The translations under genes were made by a program, and so were the position numbers. A DNA stretch of 64,000 nt from Chiloscyllium plagiosum. Taxonomy: Eukaryota. The notes beneath the pieces are model-generated. The model did no database searches and had not been told where the DNA came from. It saw nothing but the letters and a program-made list of their open reading frames with translations. Where the stretch lies: the NCBI RefSeq assembly GCF_004010195.1, contig NC_057711.1, positions 79,332,866 to 79,396,865 on the forward strand, written 5' to 3'. Positions 51,373 through 64,000 of the stretch are shown here, piece after piece (within the stretch, counting starts at the first letter, position 1; the number at the start of each line of letters is the position of its first letter).

Positions 51373-51982
51373 ATTTTCTGATCACTTTTTGCAAAACCAG
51401 GCACCACTTTCAAAGGGAGAGATCAAGACCTTATATTTGATGTTACTGCAAGCTTTTGAATGTTACTTTCTGAGCGTTTTATGGAGGAAGAAAAGCACAG
51501 GCTCATAGTCATAGCTTCTCACAGGAAGTCAGTGTAAAGTCAGCTGTTGTCTACCATTGAGGTAATCCATTGAGTTTGGATAGTCTATTGTCAGATCTCC
51601 CTTCGGTCACCATCTTTGACTATTTGGATTCTAGTAATACTTATCACTGAGAAGCCTTGGCCTCAGAGACATTTGAAGATTGTGAACTGAACATTTCACT
51701 CTTTCGATGTCCAGGTAATTGCCCCTTGGATAACCTTAGAAATTCTTTTGAAGTACCTGTGAACTGGAGTACTTACAGGTCAGATGACTTTGGTGGCCAT
51801 TTTAAAATGTCCCAATTCATTTTTAGCTCTATTTCTTTCAAATCAAATTCCAAAGTTTTTAAATTAGTTGATAAAATTTTGAATAGTAGTCTGTATTTTG
51901 CATGATCATTTTTCTGTATGTGTTTGAAGAATTGCTTTAATTGTGCATAAATACCCACTTCATTATGCTTCATGAAATATTG

Positions 51983-52267
51983 GATTAGATTACTTACAGT
52001 GTGGAAACAGACCCTTCGGCCCAACAAGTCCACACTGACCCACCAAAGCACAACCCACCCAGACCCATTTCCCTACACCTAACACTACGGGCAATTTCGC
52101 ATGGCCAATTCACCTAACCTGCACATTTTTGGATTGTGGGAGGAAACCGGAGCAAACATGGGGAGAATGTGCAAACTCCACACAGACAGTCACCTGAGGC
52201 AGTAATTGAACCCAGGTCTCTGGCACTGTGAGGCAGCAGTGCTAACCACTGTGCCACTGTGCCGCCC
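51983..52267 (-). mobile_element. HE1 SINE
   Basis: Tail to head ..GTGCCGCCC; AAATAT on both flanks. Confidence 0.92.
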
Positions 52268-52279
52268 AAATATATTAAG

Positions 52280-53570
52280 ACATCTGACATCACTGGTAGG
52301 GAAATTATTACAAAAAATTCTGAAGGACAGGATTAATCAATACTTGGGAAGGCAGGAATTAATCAGAGATAATCCACATGTATTTGTTAAAGGAAAATCC
52401 TATCTGACAATTTCAATTGAATTTTTTGAAAAGGTGACTAAATATATTGATGATGGTGGTGTAGTTGATATGGTTACATGGACATCATTAAGGCCTTTGA
52501 CGAGGTCCCAGTGGAAGGCTGGTCCATAAAATAAGAGCCCATGGGACTCAAGGTAATTTGGCAAGCTGGATCCAATATTGGCTTTCAAATAAGAGGCAAA
52601 GGATGGTGATGGAGGAATGTTTTTTCTAATTGGAAAACTGTGGCTAAGAGTCTACTACATAAGGATTGTGCTGGGAGCCTTGCTGTTTATGTACAGTAAA
52701 GAATTGGATATGATTGTGGAAGGTATAATTAGTATGTTTGCAGATGACACAAAAATTAATGGCATTTTTGATAGTGAGGAGGATGGTCTCAAGCTGCAGT
52801 CTGATATTGATCCCAGAAAAATTAAGCAGAGCAATGGCAGATGGAATTTAATTCTGAAAAGTGTTAAGTGATGTATTTTGAAAGGTCTAATAAGGGAAGG
52901 GTATACACAATGAATAGGGAATACGGAAGCACAAACTGACCTTGGCATCCAAGTCCATAAATCACTGAAGGTGTCAGCACAGGTAGACAGAGTGGTGAAG
53001 GAGGCATATGGGATGCTTGCCTTCATTAACGGGAGCAGAGGATATAGGAGCAAGGAAGTCTTGTTACAACTTCATAAAACATTGGTTAGGCCACAGATAG
53101 AAAACTGTGTGCAGTTATGGACACTAAACGATCAGAAGGGAGTGATTGCACTGGAGAGATTCACCAGTATATTGTCTGGGATGAAAAGTCTCAGTTTTGA
53201 GGAGAGACTGGATAGGCTGGGTTTGTTTTCCTTGGACCAGAGGTAACTGAGGGGTTGAGGTATACAAAATTATGTGAGATACATTCAGGATAAATTGTGA
53301 GAATCTCTTCCCCATGGCAAATTTGTCTTAGACTGGAGGCCACATGTTTAAAGTAAGCAGCAAATGGTTTGGGTGAGGTCTGAGGAAAAATGCTTTTGTC
53401 CAGATGATGGGAGATATATAGAGAGGGTGGTGGAAGCTATAACAATATCCAGAAGCAATGAAGTTTGCAGATGACTCAAAAAGTAATGGTATTTGGATGA
53501 GCAATTAAAATGCCATAGTGGGCTATGGAACAAGTGCAGATAAAAGGGATTAGTTTCGTTTGGTATCTGT
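52280..53570 (+). mobile_element. CR1 LINE RT and C-terminus, decayed
   Basis: HVFVKGKSYLT.IEFFEKVT; MFADDTKI; KEAYGMLAFI..LVRPQIENCVQLW. Confidence 0.92.
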
Positions 53571-53599
53571 TAATCAGCTTAAATGGGCAGTTGGCTAGA

Positions 53600-53830
53600 T
53601 GGTTGGTCTGTGATGCATAGACAACAGCACCATACTGCAGGGGGCCATTCAAGCAGAGAGAAAATATATTACATTCAGTATAATTAGGGTGACAAATGCT
53701 GTTTAATGCAATTGAGGGTATGACTCCAAAAGGCTGTATTGCTTGTCTGGAGAACAAGTGGGAGGGGAAGTTCTCATAGTTTGTATGAGTACAAATGACA
53801 TAGGTAAGACTAAGGAAGAGGTTCACTCAG
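53600..53830 (+). mobile_element. CR1 ORF1 (esterase-like) fragment
   Basis: GTACAAATGACATAGGTAAG (TNDIG motif). Confidence 0.5.
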
Positions 53831-54689
53831 AAAAGTTGACTCTGATTGTTTAATAATTTTGAGTATGCAAAGAATTGTGCTGACAATCAGTGTAGTAGGA
53901 TCTGTAGCACTTGCACTGAAGAGCACTTGTGAATCCTCGATGCCACATGTATTAAAGCACAGGGCCCTGTTCTTTACATATGTACAAGGACAGCACCTGT
54001 TTCAACCCAATGAAGTAGATGACAACAAAGATCTCATTCATTTCTTACCTGACCTTTTCCTGCCAGACCCACTCGATCCCCCAGCTGGTGGACCTGAAAC
54101 TCTCAAATCTGACACTCACACTCCCCAAAGTGTACAGGACTCAATTTCTCCCACTTACCCAACCTACCTAAAACATTGCATCACTTCTCTGACCCCTTGC
54201 TGACTTGCACTCTGGCACCCTACTCCCTTTCCACTGAGCCTTATTTACCTGGAACTCTATTCCATACTCCTGCCATACTCCACACCCATCTGCTCCCTAA
54301 CCCTTCTATCACTCTGACATCATGCTTTCCTTATATAATTACCTTTTGACAACAGCTATCAGGACTACAAATTTAAGAATATAGCACTTGACTACTATGG
54401 GGGGGGGAGCTTAGATTTCCTTCATCTAACTGTTCTACACTATGAAACTGTCAGAATGGATGAATAGCTCTCTATTTCTGAAGGAGACCTAAGTGAAACT
54501 TCCTCTCAGAAGTGTGGACCTCCCTTCTTTTGTCTAAAAGAAGGACCAGTGCAAAAATCTGTGTGAGATTGCCATTCCCCAGAAAATCTAGCCCATAGTC
54601 TAATAAATACCCTCAGAGTGAAGAGTTAATGTTTATCCCAGACCAGAAGTGTGATGATAAAACCCTGAACAGGTTCCTTAAAGCTGTGT

Positions 54690-55200
54690 ACATTTTTATG
54701 TGTCTCATGCACCAAACCACCAAATTCCCTCTGCATTACATATTTTTGGAGACTCTCTCCATTTGAATACTTGTCTACCCTTTTATTCTTCCTGCCAAAG
54801 TACATGACCTCATACTTTCCTACATTAAACTCCAATGCCTCCTCACTCAATCTATCTAGATCACCTTTTAGATTGTCCATGCCACATCACAATGTGCTTT
54901 TCCATCTTTTTTGTGTCATTAGCAAATTTGGATATATTAGGCCCTGCTCCTCCATCAAGTAATTATATAGATAGGAAATAATTGAGGCCCTAGAACTGAT
55001 TCTTGTGGCATTAAATCTGAAAAGGATCCTTTAACCTTCACTCTCTGTCTTCTATGTGTTAACCAATCGTCAATCCATTCTAATACATTATTTCCAATAA
55101 TGTAAGTTCCTATCTTATGCAATAATCTTTTATGTGGCAATGGGAAATCCAAATTTGCTGCATCTACTAATCCCCTTTATCAACACTGTTGTTATATTCT
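54690..55200 (-). mobile_element. CR1 RT fragment
   Basis: PHKRLLHKI..LEWIDDWLTHRRQRV..PQESVLGPQLF; FNVGKYEVMYFGRKN. Confidence 0.9.
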
Positions 55201-55580
55201 GATAATCAGTTTTGGAGCATCTTTGAATGCAGTTGCATGTGACAACAATGCTGGATATGATTTTCAGCTGGCTCTGTGGGAATTCTCTGTGGGAAAAGGG
55301 TGACCAAGATTAGAAAATGAATATCCGCATATTCATCATTTATGAGGTATATGCAAAAGGAAAAGGAGGTGAGATAGCACCCTTAAGAATGGACAAGGTT
55401 GGTACATCATCAAGAGAAGATCTTAGTAAGATGATCAAGATGTAGAATTACTTTGGGTGAAGGTAAGAAATAGCAAGGCACAGCAAAAAATTATGATGGT
55501 CATTGATGAGTCACCAAACATTTGTGATAATGTTGAACACTGTAGAAATCTTAAAATCAGAGATGCATGCAACATGGGTA

Positions 55581-56934
55581 TGTTACGAATGATGGACGTG
55601 TGAGCCAATAATTGAACCTCATTTTTTCACAGCCATCCCAAAAGTATAAAATCCCAATTAGACCTCCAAGGTGACCAACTTTTTTGGCTGACTGCTATTC
55701 ACCACATAATTCATCAGGTCTATCAGTAACAGAAGCATAACTTAGAAGTTAGAATTAGGTTCTTATTATCAAATGTGTGCAAGTACAAAAGTACATGAGT
55801 ACAGTGAAAAGTGTACAATGTTGCCACACACAGTGCCATCTCAGGTACAAAGCACCTAGTTACAAATCTTAGGTACGAAAATAGATGAGGTACAAAAATA
55901 GAAAGAATAAAGAAAAAAGCTAAAAGCGCTACATTACAGTTTTTCATAGTATAAATTAGGAAAATAAAGAAACAATGTTAAAAGATAAACATTACAGTCC
56001 TTCAGTAACTCCACAGTAGGGACTCGCCACATGTGGTCTCACTCTCCCCGGCTGACTCCAACGAGCTCGAATTTAATTAAATGCAAAAAAAGGATTTCTA
56101 ATCTACTACTATGCTATTTAAAATATACCCTTTTAAAACACCAAGTAAACACAGACAAACTCATTCAGGATTAAGACAAGTAAAAGACAGTTTGGCACAG
56201 TTTGTCACAAGTTTGTGGATGGTAAAAGAATATACAGAGGAAACTCGATTATCTGTAGGACACAGGCGGTGAGTATTTCGTTCAGTTAATCGAATGCCAG
56301 ATAATCAATGCCGGATAACATAGTTAGCCACGCATTGGGACCTTGTGATCTTGTTCGGATAATCTGAAATTTGGTTGATTGAATGCTGGATAATCAAGGT
56401 TCCTCTCTAGATGGAATAAACAAAATTTCAAAGATTGCTAGTCCGGATTTCAAGGGTGGGTTGAATTGTCTCACACAGTCTTTTTTGATTTTTAGCACTG
56501 ATGACACACTGTTGTCTGTAGGCCATCCTTCAATTCAATAGTTGATTGGGTGTGTTTCAGTCTTTTCCTATGGAATACTTTCTTTTGAATTTTCTTGTTC
56601 TTCTGTTTTTTTTCCTAAAAAGACAGAGAGAGAAAAGGAGATGGATGCTTTCCATTTGCAGTTTTTGGATATTTTCCTCTGGCAATTACAGCTTTTTAAC
56701 ACTCTGCTGCTCAACCAATCAGAAGGCTGTCATCAAACAAACAATTATCAGTGTCACTCATCACAAATTCTATTCCCCACTGTTTCAAAATCAACATTGT
56801 ATTGCATGACTCAAAAAATATGAAGGTCTTGATTTTCAAATTGCAGTACTCATCTGAAATTTCAGTTATATAGCAGTCCAAGTTGCATTTCAGATTATAC
56901 TTCCAACAAAGAAAAATATGTGGTAGTTTATAGA
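55581..56934. mobile_element. Solo LTR with nested retroposon (~55745-56068) and MITE
   Basis: Starts TGTTA; flanks GGGTA/GAGTA; interrupts the CR1 endonuclease precisely. Confidence 0.65.
56235..56407. mobile_element. Tigger/pogo-type MITE (Tc1/mariner superfamily)
   Basis: TA-CAGAGGAAACTCGATTATC ... GATAATCAAGGTTCCTCTC-TA: imperfect TIRs and TA TSD. Confidence 0.85.
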
Positions 56935-58549
56935 GAGTACAGTAATAATTGGTGACTTTAATTTGCATATAGGCTGATTAAGCCTAATCAGTACCAATGC
57001 TGTACAGGATGAATTCCTGGAATATGTATGAGATAGGTTTCTAAAGCAGTATGCTGAAGATTTAGGATTATCTAGTGAGAAAGGGGTAATTCATAAACTT
57101 GCAATAAAGGAGTCATGGGAAAATAGTGACCATAATTTTCATTTAAATTTGAATGTGATAAATTTCTTTATGGTACTATGGTTTTAGATCAGAATAAAGG
57201 AAGTACAAGAGGCAAGTTGACTATGTTGGGTTGGGAATATATCTTTGATAGGCAATGGCTAGTATTTAAAAAGTATTCCATAACCTCCAACAGATATATG
57301 CTTCTCTAAGGCACAAACACCCAGCGCGAAAGATGAATCAACTATGACTGACAAAATAAATCAAAGATTGCATTAGATCAAATGTGGCTTAGAAAGGTGC
57401 TAAAAAAAGTGATAAGCCTCAGGACCACAAGCAATTTAGAACTCAGCAAAGGGTGACCAAAAAAACTGATAAAGCAATGTCGTGAGAAATATAAAGTAGA
57501 GGATAAAGGTATCTGAAAAAGAAATGATTAGTGAGGACAAATGTGGCCCATTACAGGAGAATTTATAATGGAGAACAGGGACATGGTAGAGAAGCCAAAC
57601 AATTACTTTGCCTCTGTCTTCATGGAAGAAGATATCAAAAGTCTCCAGGAAATATTAAGAAATCAAGGGACTTATCATAATCTTAGAACAAGGTCCATTT
57701 TCCTGAGAAGAGATATGGTTGTATTGTAAGTAGTTCAGAGGATATTCAATAGATTGATTCCAGAGATGATGGACAGAGACTGAGCAGTTTAGACTTACAT
57801 TCTCTGGAGTTTAGGAGAATGAGAGGAGATCTAACTGAAGTAAATAAGCTGTAGGACAGATGTTTCCTCGTGGGGCAATGTAGAGGTCATAATCTTAACA
57901 CTAGGAATAGCAGACTTAAAGCAGAGTGGAAGGGGAATTATTTCTCTCAAAGAGTTATGAATTTGTGGAACTCACTGCCCAAGTGTGGGGTGGATACTGG
58001 AACAATGAGTAAATTTAAGTAAGAGATAAATAGATTTTTAATTAGTAATGGGTTGAAGGGTTTTGGAGAGTAGACAAGAAAGTGGATTTGAGACCAAGAT
58101 GAGATCAGCCATAACAATATTACAAAGAACTGCAGATGCTGGAGATCTGAAACCAAAGAGGGGTTTGGAAGGAGAAATGTACAGATAGGTTGAGATACAG
58201 CCTAGAGAGAGGTATACAAGGAGATAATGGATAGAAGACCAGAACAGAAGATACACAGAATAAGTAATAATAAAAGCTAAGAGTGAGAAGATAGGTTAGT
58301 TGTACTAAATACAATCCATAAAATGTGATATTGGATCAAGAAGCAAAGTGGAAATGGGTGACTGTGCTGAAAGCAAAACCTGTCATAACAGGACTGGGTT
58401 TGGGTGGGTTAAAAAACATGGAAGGCTGGACTCAGGCTCTAATGTTGAACTCAACGTTGAGTCCTACAAACTGCAGGCCTCCCACGTAGAAAATGAAATG
58501 TTGTTCTTTGAGCTTGCACTGAGACCTGCTGGAACACTGCAGTCAGCCC

Positions 58550-60020
58550 TCAGCTTACAAAGAGGAAAGAAAGGCAGATGAATGCATAGGTTAAAAGTGG
58601 GCTCAAGAGGGGGAGTTCAGAATTCCTGGGTCACTGGGACTGTTTTTGGAGAAGGTGGGACATATACAAATTGGTCGGTCTGCACCTGAACCACACTGGA
58701 ACTTTCATCCTTAGTAGTTTTGCTACTACTGTTGGGAGAAGTTTAACATAGTTCTGGCAGGGGAAGGGGGACACAATATCAATGAAACAATGACACATCA
58801 TGCTACAGCAAAGGAAGCAAGTTAGAATGAGTTCAGCTGTGTTGAGTGTCAAGAGAGTAAGGCAAGGCTGGATGGTCTTTAATGCTAGGAGTGTAATAGG
58901 TAAGACTCATGAGTTAATGGAGTGGATTGACATGCAAGTATGATATTGTTGCCATCATAGAAACATAGTTGAGGGAAGGGTTGGACTGGGAACTTAACTT
59001 TCTACAGATCTTTAGGCGAGAAAGAAGAGGGTATAAAAAGGATGATAGCGTAGCACTACTATTAATTCAGGAGTCAATTATTGCACAGAGCGATATATTG
59101 TAAGAATCCTCAAAAAAGGCCCTTTGTGGGTAGAACTTACGAATATTAAAGGGGGCAGTTACTTTACTGAGAGTTTATCTGTAGTCCCCAAAGAGTCAGC
59201 AGAGAAGAGAGGACCAAATGGTATTTCATCTCAATAAGTATGAGTTGATGCACTTTGGAAGAAGAAACAGATGAGGGAATATTTAATGCATGGCAAGACA
59301 TTGGGTAGCTTAGCAGAACAGAGGGATCTTGGGGTAATTATACACAGATCCTTGAAGTTGACAAGGCACATGAATAGGAATGTTAAGAAGGCATATGGGG
59401 ACACTTGCTTTCATCAGTCATGGCCTCGAGTATAAGAACAAGGAGGTAAAGTTAGAGTTGTAAAGAGCATTGGTCGGGTTCCAGCTGAAGTACTGTGTGC
59501 AGTTCTGGTCACCTCACTACTGGAAGGATGCGATAGCACTTAAGGGGGTACAGAGGCTGGTCACCAAGATGTTGTTTGGGATGGAGAAATTGAGCTATAA
59601 GGAGAGACTAGATAAGCTTGGATTGTTTTCTTTAGTGCAGAGAAGACTGATGGTCATAATTGAAGTGTATAAGATTATAAGGGGTATGGACAGGGTGAAT
59701 AGAGAGCAGCTGTTTACCCTTGGTTGAGGGGTCAATCACAAGATGGCATAGTTTTAGGATAAGGGGCAGGAGGTTCAGAGGGGATTCGGGAAAAAACTTT
59801 TTCTCAGCCAGCAGTAGGAATCTGGAATGTGCTGCCTGGAAAGGCAGTGGAGGCTGGAAATCCTAAAACCTAATAAAATATTTGGATGAGCACTTCAAAT
59901 ATCATAACATTCAGGGTAATGGGACAAGTGCAGGAAATTGGGATTAGCAAAACTTTAGTGGTAGTCATATCAGCGCAGACTTGATGGACTGAAGGGCCTT
60001 TTCTGTGTAGTATGAATCTA
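58550..60020 (+). mobile_element. CR1/HER LINE, internally deleted
   Basis: ORF 59470-59727 LKYCVQFWSPHYWKDAIALKGVQR..YKERLDKLGLFSL; tail GGACTGAAGGGCCT..CTATGA. Confidence 0.9.
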
Positions 60021-60294
60021 TGAGACCACATTGTGAGCAGTGAACACAATGGGTGAGATTGAATGATGTATAGATAAATCACTGCTTCACCAGGAACGTT
60101 TGTCTAGTCTTAGGGTATAGGTGGTGAGGAGGGAGAAGGTAAACAGGCCGGTATTACACCTTCAGTGATTGCATGGGAAGATGTCATGGGAGTGTGAGGA
60201 GATGCTTGCAACAGAGGAGTGTATCAAAGTGTTCTGGAGGAAATGGTCCCTTGCAGAATGCTGACAAGGGAGGGAAGGAATATGGTCATAACAC

Positions 60295-60645
60295 AGGGTG
60301 ACACGGTGGCTCAGAGGTTAGCATTGCTGCCTCACAGCACTAGGGACCCAGGTTCGATTCTAGCCTCGGGTGACTGTCTGTGTGGAGTTTGCACACGGTC
60401 CCTGTGTCTGCGTGGATTTCCTCCAGGTGTTCCAGTTTACTCCCACAATCCAAAGATGTGCAGGTTAGGTGAACTGGCCATGCTAAATGCCCCATTGTAT
60501 TCAGGGATATGTAGGTTAAGTGATTCGTCAGGAGTAAATATAGGATAGTAGGGGAATGGGTCTGGGTGGGCTCCTCTTCAGAGGGTCAGTGTGGACTTGT
60601 GGGCTGAAGGGCCTGTTCCACACTGTTGGGATTCTATATATTCTA
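60295..60645 (+). mobile_element. HE1 SINE, full length
   Basis: Head GGGTGACACGGTGGCTCAG to tail GGGATTCTAT. Confidence 0.92.
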
Positions 60646-61329
60646 TATCCCATTGGATGTGATGAAAATGGCAGCTTACAATCCTTTGGATGCAAAGGCT
60701 GGGGGTGGGGTGGGAAGTGAGCATCATAATGTTGCTGTGAGAGGGAAGGGTGAGGGCAAAAATGCAAGAGCTGGGTTGCACATAGCTAAGGGGCCTGTTG
60801 TTCACAGTAGTGAGGAATCCTTGGATGAAGGGAAAGGTGGACGTTTTTGAGATCCAACTGCATAAGGTGTCATCAGAACCTTCCCTCCCCCATTTTAGCT
60901 TCAGCATAAATGTGATTTTTCTTAACTAATAACATGTCTAATAAAAAGTCACTGGCCTCAAAGCATTAATTCAGCTTTCTTCCCACAGATGCTGCCAGAC
61001 CTGCTGAGTTTCTCCAGCAATTTCAGGTGAGATCAGTCATGATCATATAAAATGACAGAGCAGGCTTGAGGGGCTGAATTGCCTACTCCTGTTCCTAGTT
61101 CTTTTGTTATTAGAGAGGAGAAACAGTATAGTGACTCTTCTGTAATTTATCTCACTGAATACGTATTAGTTGATCCTCCACTCCCAATATTACAATAAGG
61201 GACACAATAAAAATTCCTCAATTGTTATTCACACCATTAGAATGTATTGACTAGAGATTCGCATAAGCAAGGGTCATGCTATGATCACACCAGCAGCTGT
61301 TTAATCTTAATATAAAAAGTGATTTTCTA

Positions 61330-61810
61330 TGTCCTCCTGGCATTCAGGGCTGGTGACAGTGGCAGCAGAGTTTCCCCAGCAGCACTGGACTCTTCAAAAT
61401 GGTGATGCCAGCAAGGTGACATCTGCAGTCGGAGTGGGACTCTTGATATGGTGGCATTTGGCCTGGCACCGGAGCCAAGGACTCCTGCTTGCAGTAGGCC
61501 CAGAGAGGGGACTCCTGGCGCTGGTGTGGCGGCAGCTGGTATGCTCAGAGCAGGGACTCCTGGCATCATCGAGGTTCAGCATGGGACTTGGCGTTGGCGA
61601 GGTGAGCCCAACGGTGAAGAGATGATACCTAGGGAATGGTGTTGGTGGGTCTGGCACAGACAATGACAGGCAGCGAAGGACTCTCTTTTTTACTCTTTTT
61701 ATGCTTAAACTGTTCAAAATGGCGCCAAATTGTAGTCACCATTGAAGCTTTCCAGTATACTGTATTATTCACTGTAAAATGCAAGTGACAATAATAAACC
61801 ATGTATTCAT
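61330..61810 (+). mobile_element. Non-autonomous retroposon (same tail family as 37528 and 55760)
   Basis: GC-rich body ending AAAATGGCGCC..GCAAGTGACAATAATAAA. Confidence 0.55.
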
Positions 61811-62221
61811 TTACTTTCCCTGTGCAATGAGTCTTTGTGTTGGAAAAGATTATCACTCAAAAGAAGAAATTAGGAGGGTCTTTTCATGAATTCCTTTCAC
61901 GCAAAAAAGAATGGAAAACAGAATATATTATTTGGAATGTTTACTGAAGCCAGTTTTATCACCATACATGAAAGTGAATTAAGTAAACATGTGAAGACAA
62001 AAAAAAAGTAAAAAAAGAAGTGTACAGCACACAAGCAAGGACATGGTGCAACAACAGGTTCCAATGATATCGTGCTGCTACTGCCACAGGCATTTTTGTT
62101 TTGTTTAATAATTTATGAAATCCCTCTGATTCTATGATCTCACCTCTGATTTGACTGCAGTATGCATGTTTGCCCAAAGAACTACCAGCATTTGCAAATG
62201 TCCAAAGCTCCTTTTATGGAA

Positions 62222-62293
62222 ATAGAACATATAGAACATAGAACATAGAACATAGAACATAGAACATAGAAGAATACAGCGCAGTACAGGCCC
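62222..62293 (-). mobile_element. Extreme 3' end of a HER/CR1-type LINE or its SINE
   Basis: About 7 ATAGAAC units then AGAATACAGCGCAGTACAGGCCC, matching the TACAG..ACAGGCCC tail motif of the HE1 copies. Confidence 0.75.
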
Positions 62294-64000
62294 ATAGAAC
62301 ATAGAACATAGAACATAGAACATAGAACATAGAACATAGAACATAGAACATAGAACATAGAACATAGAACATAGAACATAGAACATAGAACATAGAACAT
62401 AGAACATAGAACATAGAACATAGAACATAGAACATAGAACATAGAACATAGAACATAGAACATAGAACATAGAACATAGAACATAGAACATAGAACATAG
62501 AACATAGAACATAGAACATAGAACATAGAACATAGAACATAGAACATAGAACATAGAACATAGAACATAGAACATAGAACATAGAACATAGAACATAGAA
62601 CATAGAACATAGAACATAGAACATAGAACATAGAACATAGAACATAGAACATAGAACATAGAACATAGAACATAGAACATAGAACATAGAACATAGAACA
62701 TAGAACATAGAACATAGAACATAGAACATAGAACATAGAACATAGAACATAGAACATAGAACATAGAACATAGAACATAGAACATAGAACATAGAACATA
62801 GAACATAGAACATAGAACATAGAACATAGAACATAGAACATAGAACATAGAACATAGAACATAGAACATAGAACATAGAACATAGAACATAGAACATAGA
62901 ACATAGAACATAGAACATAGAACATAGAACATAGAACATAGAACATAGAACATAGAACATAGAACATAGAACATAGAACATAGAACATAGAACATAGAAC
63001 ATAGAACATAGAACATAGAACATAGAACATAGAACATAGAACATAGAACATAGAACATAGAACATAGAACATAGAACATAGAACATAGAACATAGAACAT
63101 AGAACATAGAACATAGAACATAGAACATAGAACATAGAACATAGAACATAGAACATAGAACATAGAACATAGAACATAGAACATAGAACATAGAACATAG
63201 AACATAGAACATAGAACATAGAACATAGAACATAGAACATAGAACATAGAACATAGAACATAGAACATAGAACATAGAACATAGAACATAGAACATAGAA
63301 CATAGAACATAGAACATAGAACATAGAACATAGAACATAGAACATAGAACATAGAACATAGAACATAGAACATAGAACATAGAACATAGAACATAGAACA
63401 TAGAACATAGAACATAGAACATAGAACATAGAACATAGAACATAGAACATAGAACATAGAACATAGAACATAGAACATAGAACATAGAACATAGAACATA
63501 GAACATAGAACATAGAACATAGAACATAGAACATAGAACATAGAACATAGAACATAGAACATAGAACATAGAACATAGAACATAGAACATAGAACATAGA
63601 ACATAGAACATAGAACATAGAACATAGAACATAGAACATAGAACATAGAACATAGAACATAGAACATAGAACATAGAACATAGAACATAGAACATAGAAC
63701 ATAGAACATAGAACATAGAACATAGAACATAGAACATAGAACATAGAACATAGAACATAGAACATAGAACATAGAACATAGAACATAGAACATAGAACAT
63801 AGAACATAGAACATAGAACATAGAACATAGAACATAGAACATAGAACATAGAACATAGAACATAGAACATAGAACATAGAACATAGAACATAGAACATAG
63901 AACATAGAACATAGAACATAGAACATAGAACATAGAACATAGAACATAGAACATAGAACATAGAACATAGAACATAGAACATAGAACATAGAACATAGAA
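62293..64000. repeat. (CATAGAA)n heptamer array, 244 copies to the window edge
   Basis: 1708 bp, apparently uninterrupted (the periodic ORF translations show no break). Confidence 0.99.

Larger units (their letters stand above)
55330..58110 (+). mobile_element. CR1 LINE (endonuclease to 3' end, internally deleted), split by a solo LTR
   Basis: IRDACN.G | ..VIIGDFNLHI reads across the LTR insertion; later SQRVMNLWNSLP. Confidence 0.8.
58120..61025 (-). mobile_element. Decayed Penelope-like element with nested CR1 and HE1
   Basis: Terminal ACAAAGAACTGCAGATGCTGGAGATCTG; GIY-YIG remnants at ~58430-58545 and ~60020-60290; oppositely oriented pLTR-like segment at 60945-61025. Confidence 0.65.

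Noticed and set aside
62132..63996. Three ~600-aa ORFs (MFYVLCS)n
   Set aside because: Translation of a stop-free heptamer repeat; no evidence of coding.
62293..64000. Telomeric array
   Set aside because: The unit is not vertebrate TTAGGG and matches a LINE tail.

Overview
Eukaryotic, AT-rich, largely non-coding DNA, most likely from a cartilaginous fish. The basis is about a dozen HE1-type SINEs with (AATCT)n/(ATTCT)n tails plus HER/CR1-type LINE tails; a carpet shark is an inference. No intact host protein-coding gene can be supported. The window is a mosaic of decayed transposons: HE1 and DeuSINE-type SINEs, CR1, L2 and RTE LINE fragments, solo LTRs, a Tigger/pogo-type MITE, and PIF/Harbinger remnants (HARBI1-like transposase and two spliced Myb/SANT-like genes). 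It also holds Penelope-like elements (GIY-YIG) whose terminal repeats carry recognisable minimal hammerhead ribozymes. Other features are a tRNA-Arg-derived sequence with a TTG anticodon inside a possible chimeric retroposon, a 173-bp near-perfect direct duplication, a 43-bp minisatellite, an 839-N gap, and a perfect (CATAGAA)n array of at least 1.7 kb attached to a LINE 3' tail. Repeat-poor blocks at about 11.2-18.7 kb and 24.3-27 kb may hold conserved regulatory elements or small exons. Family names come from recalled consensus motifs, not database searches, and boundaries of decayed elements are approximate.
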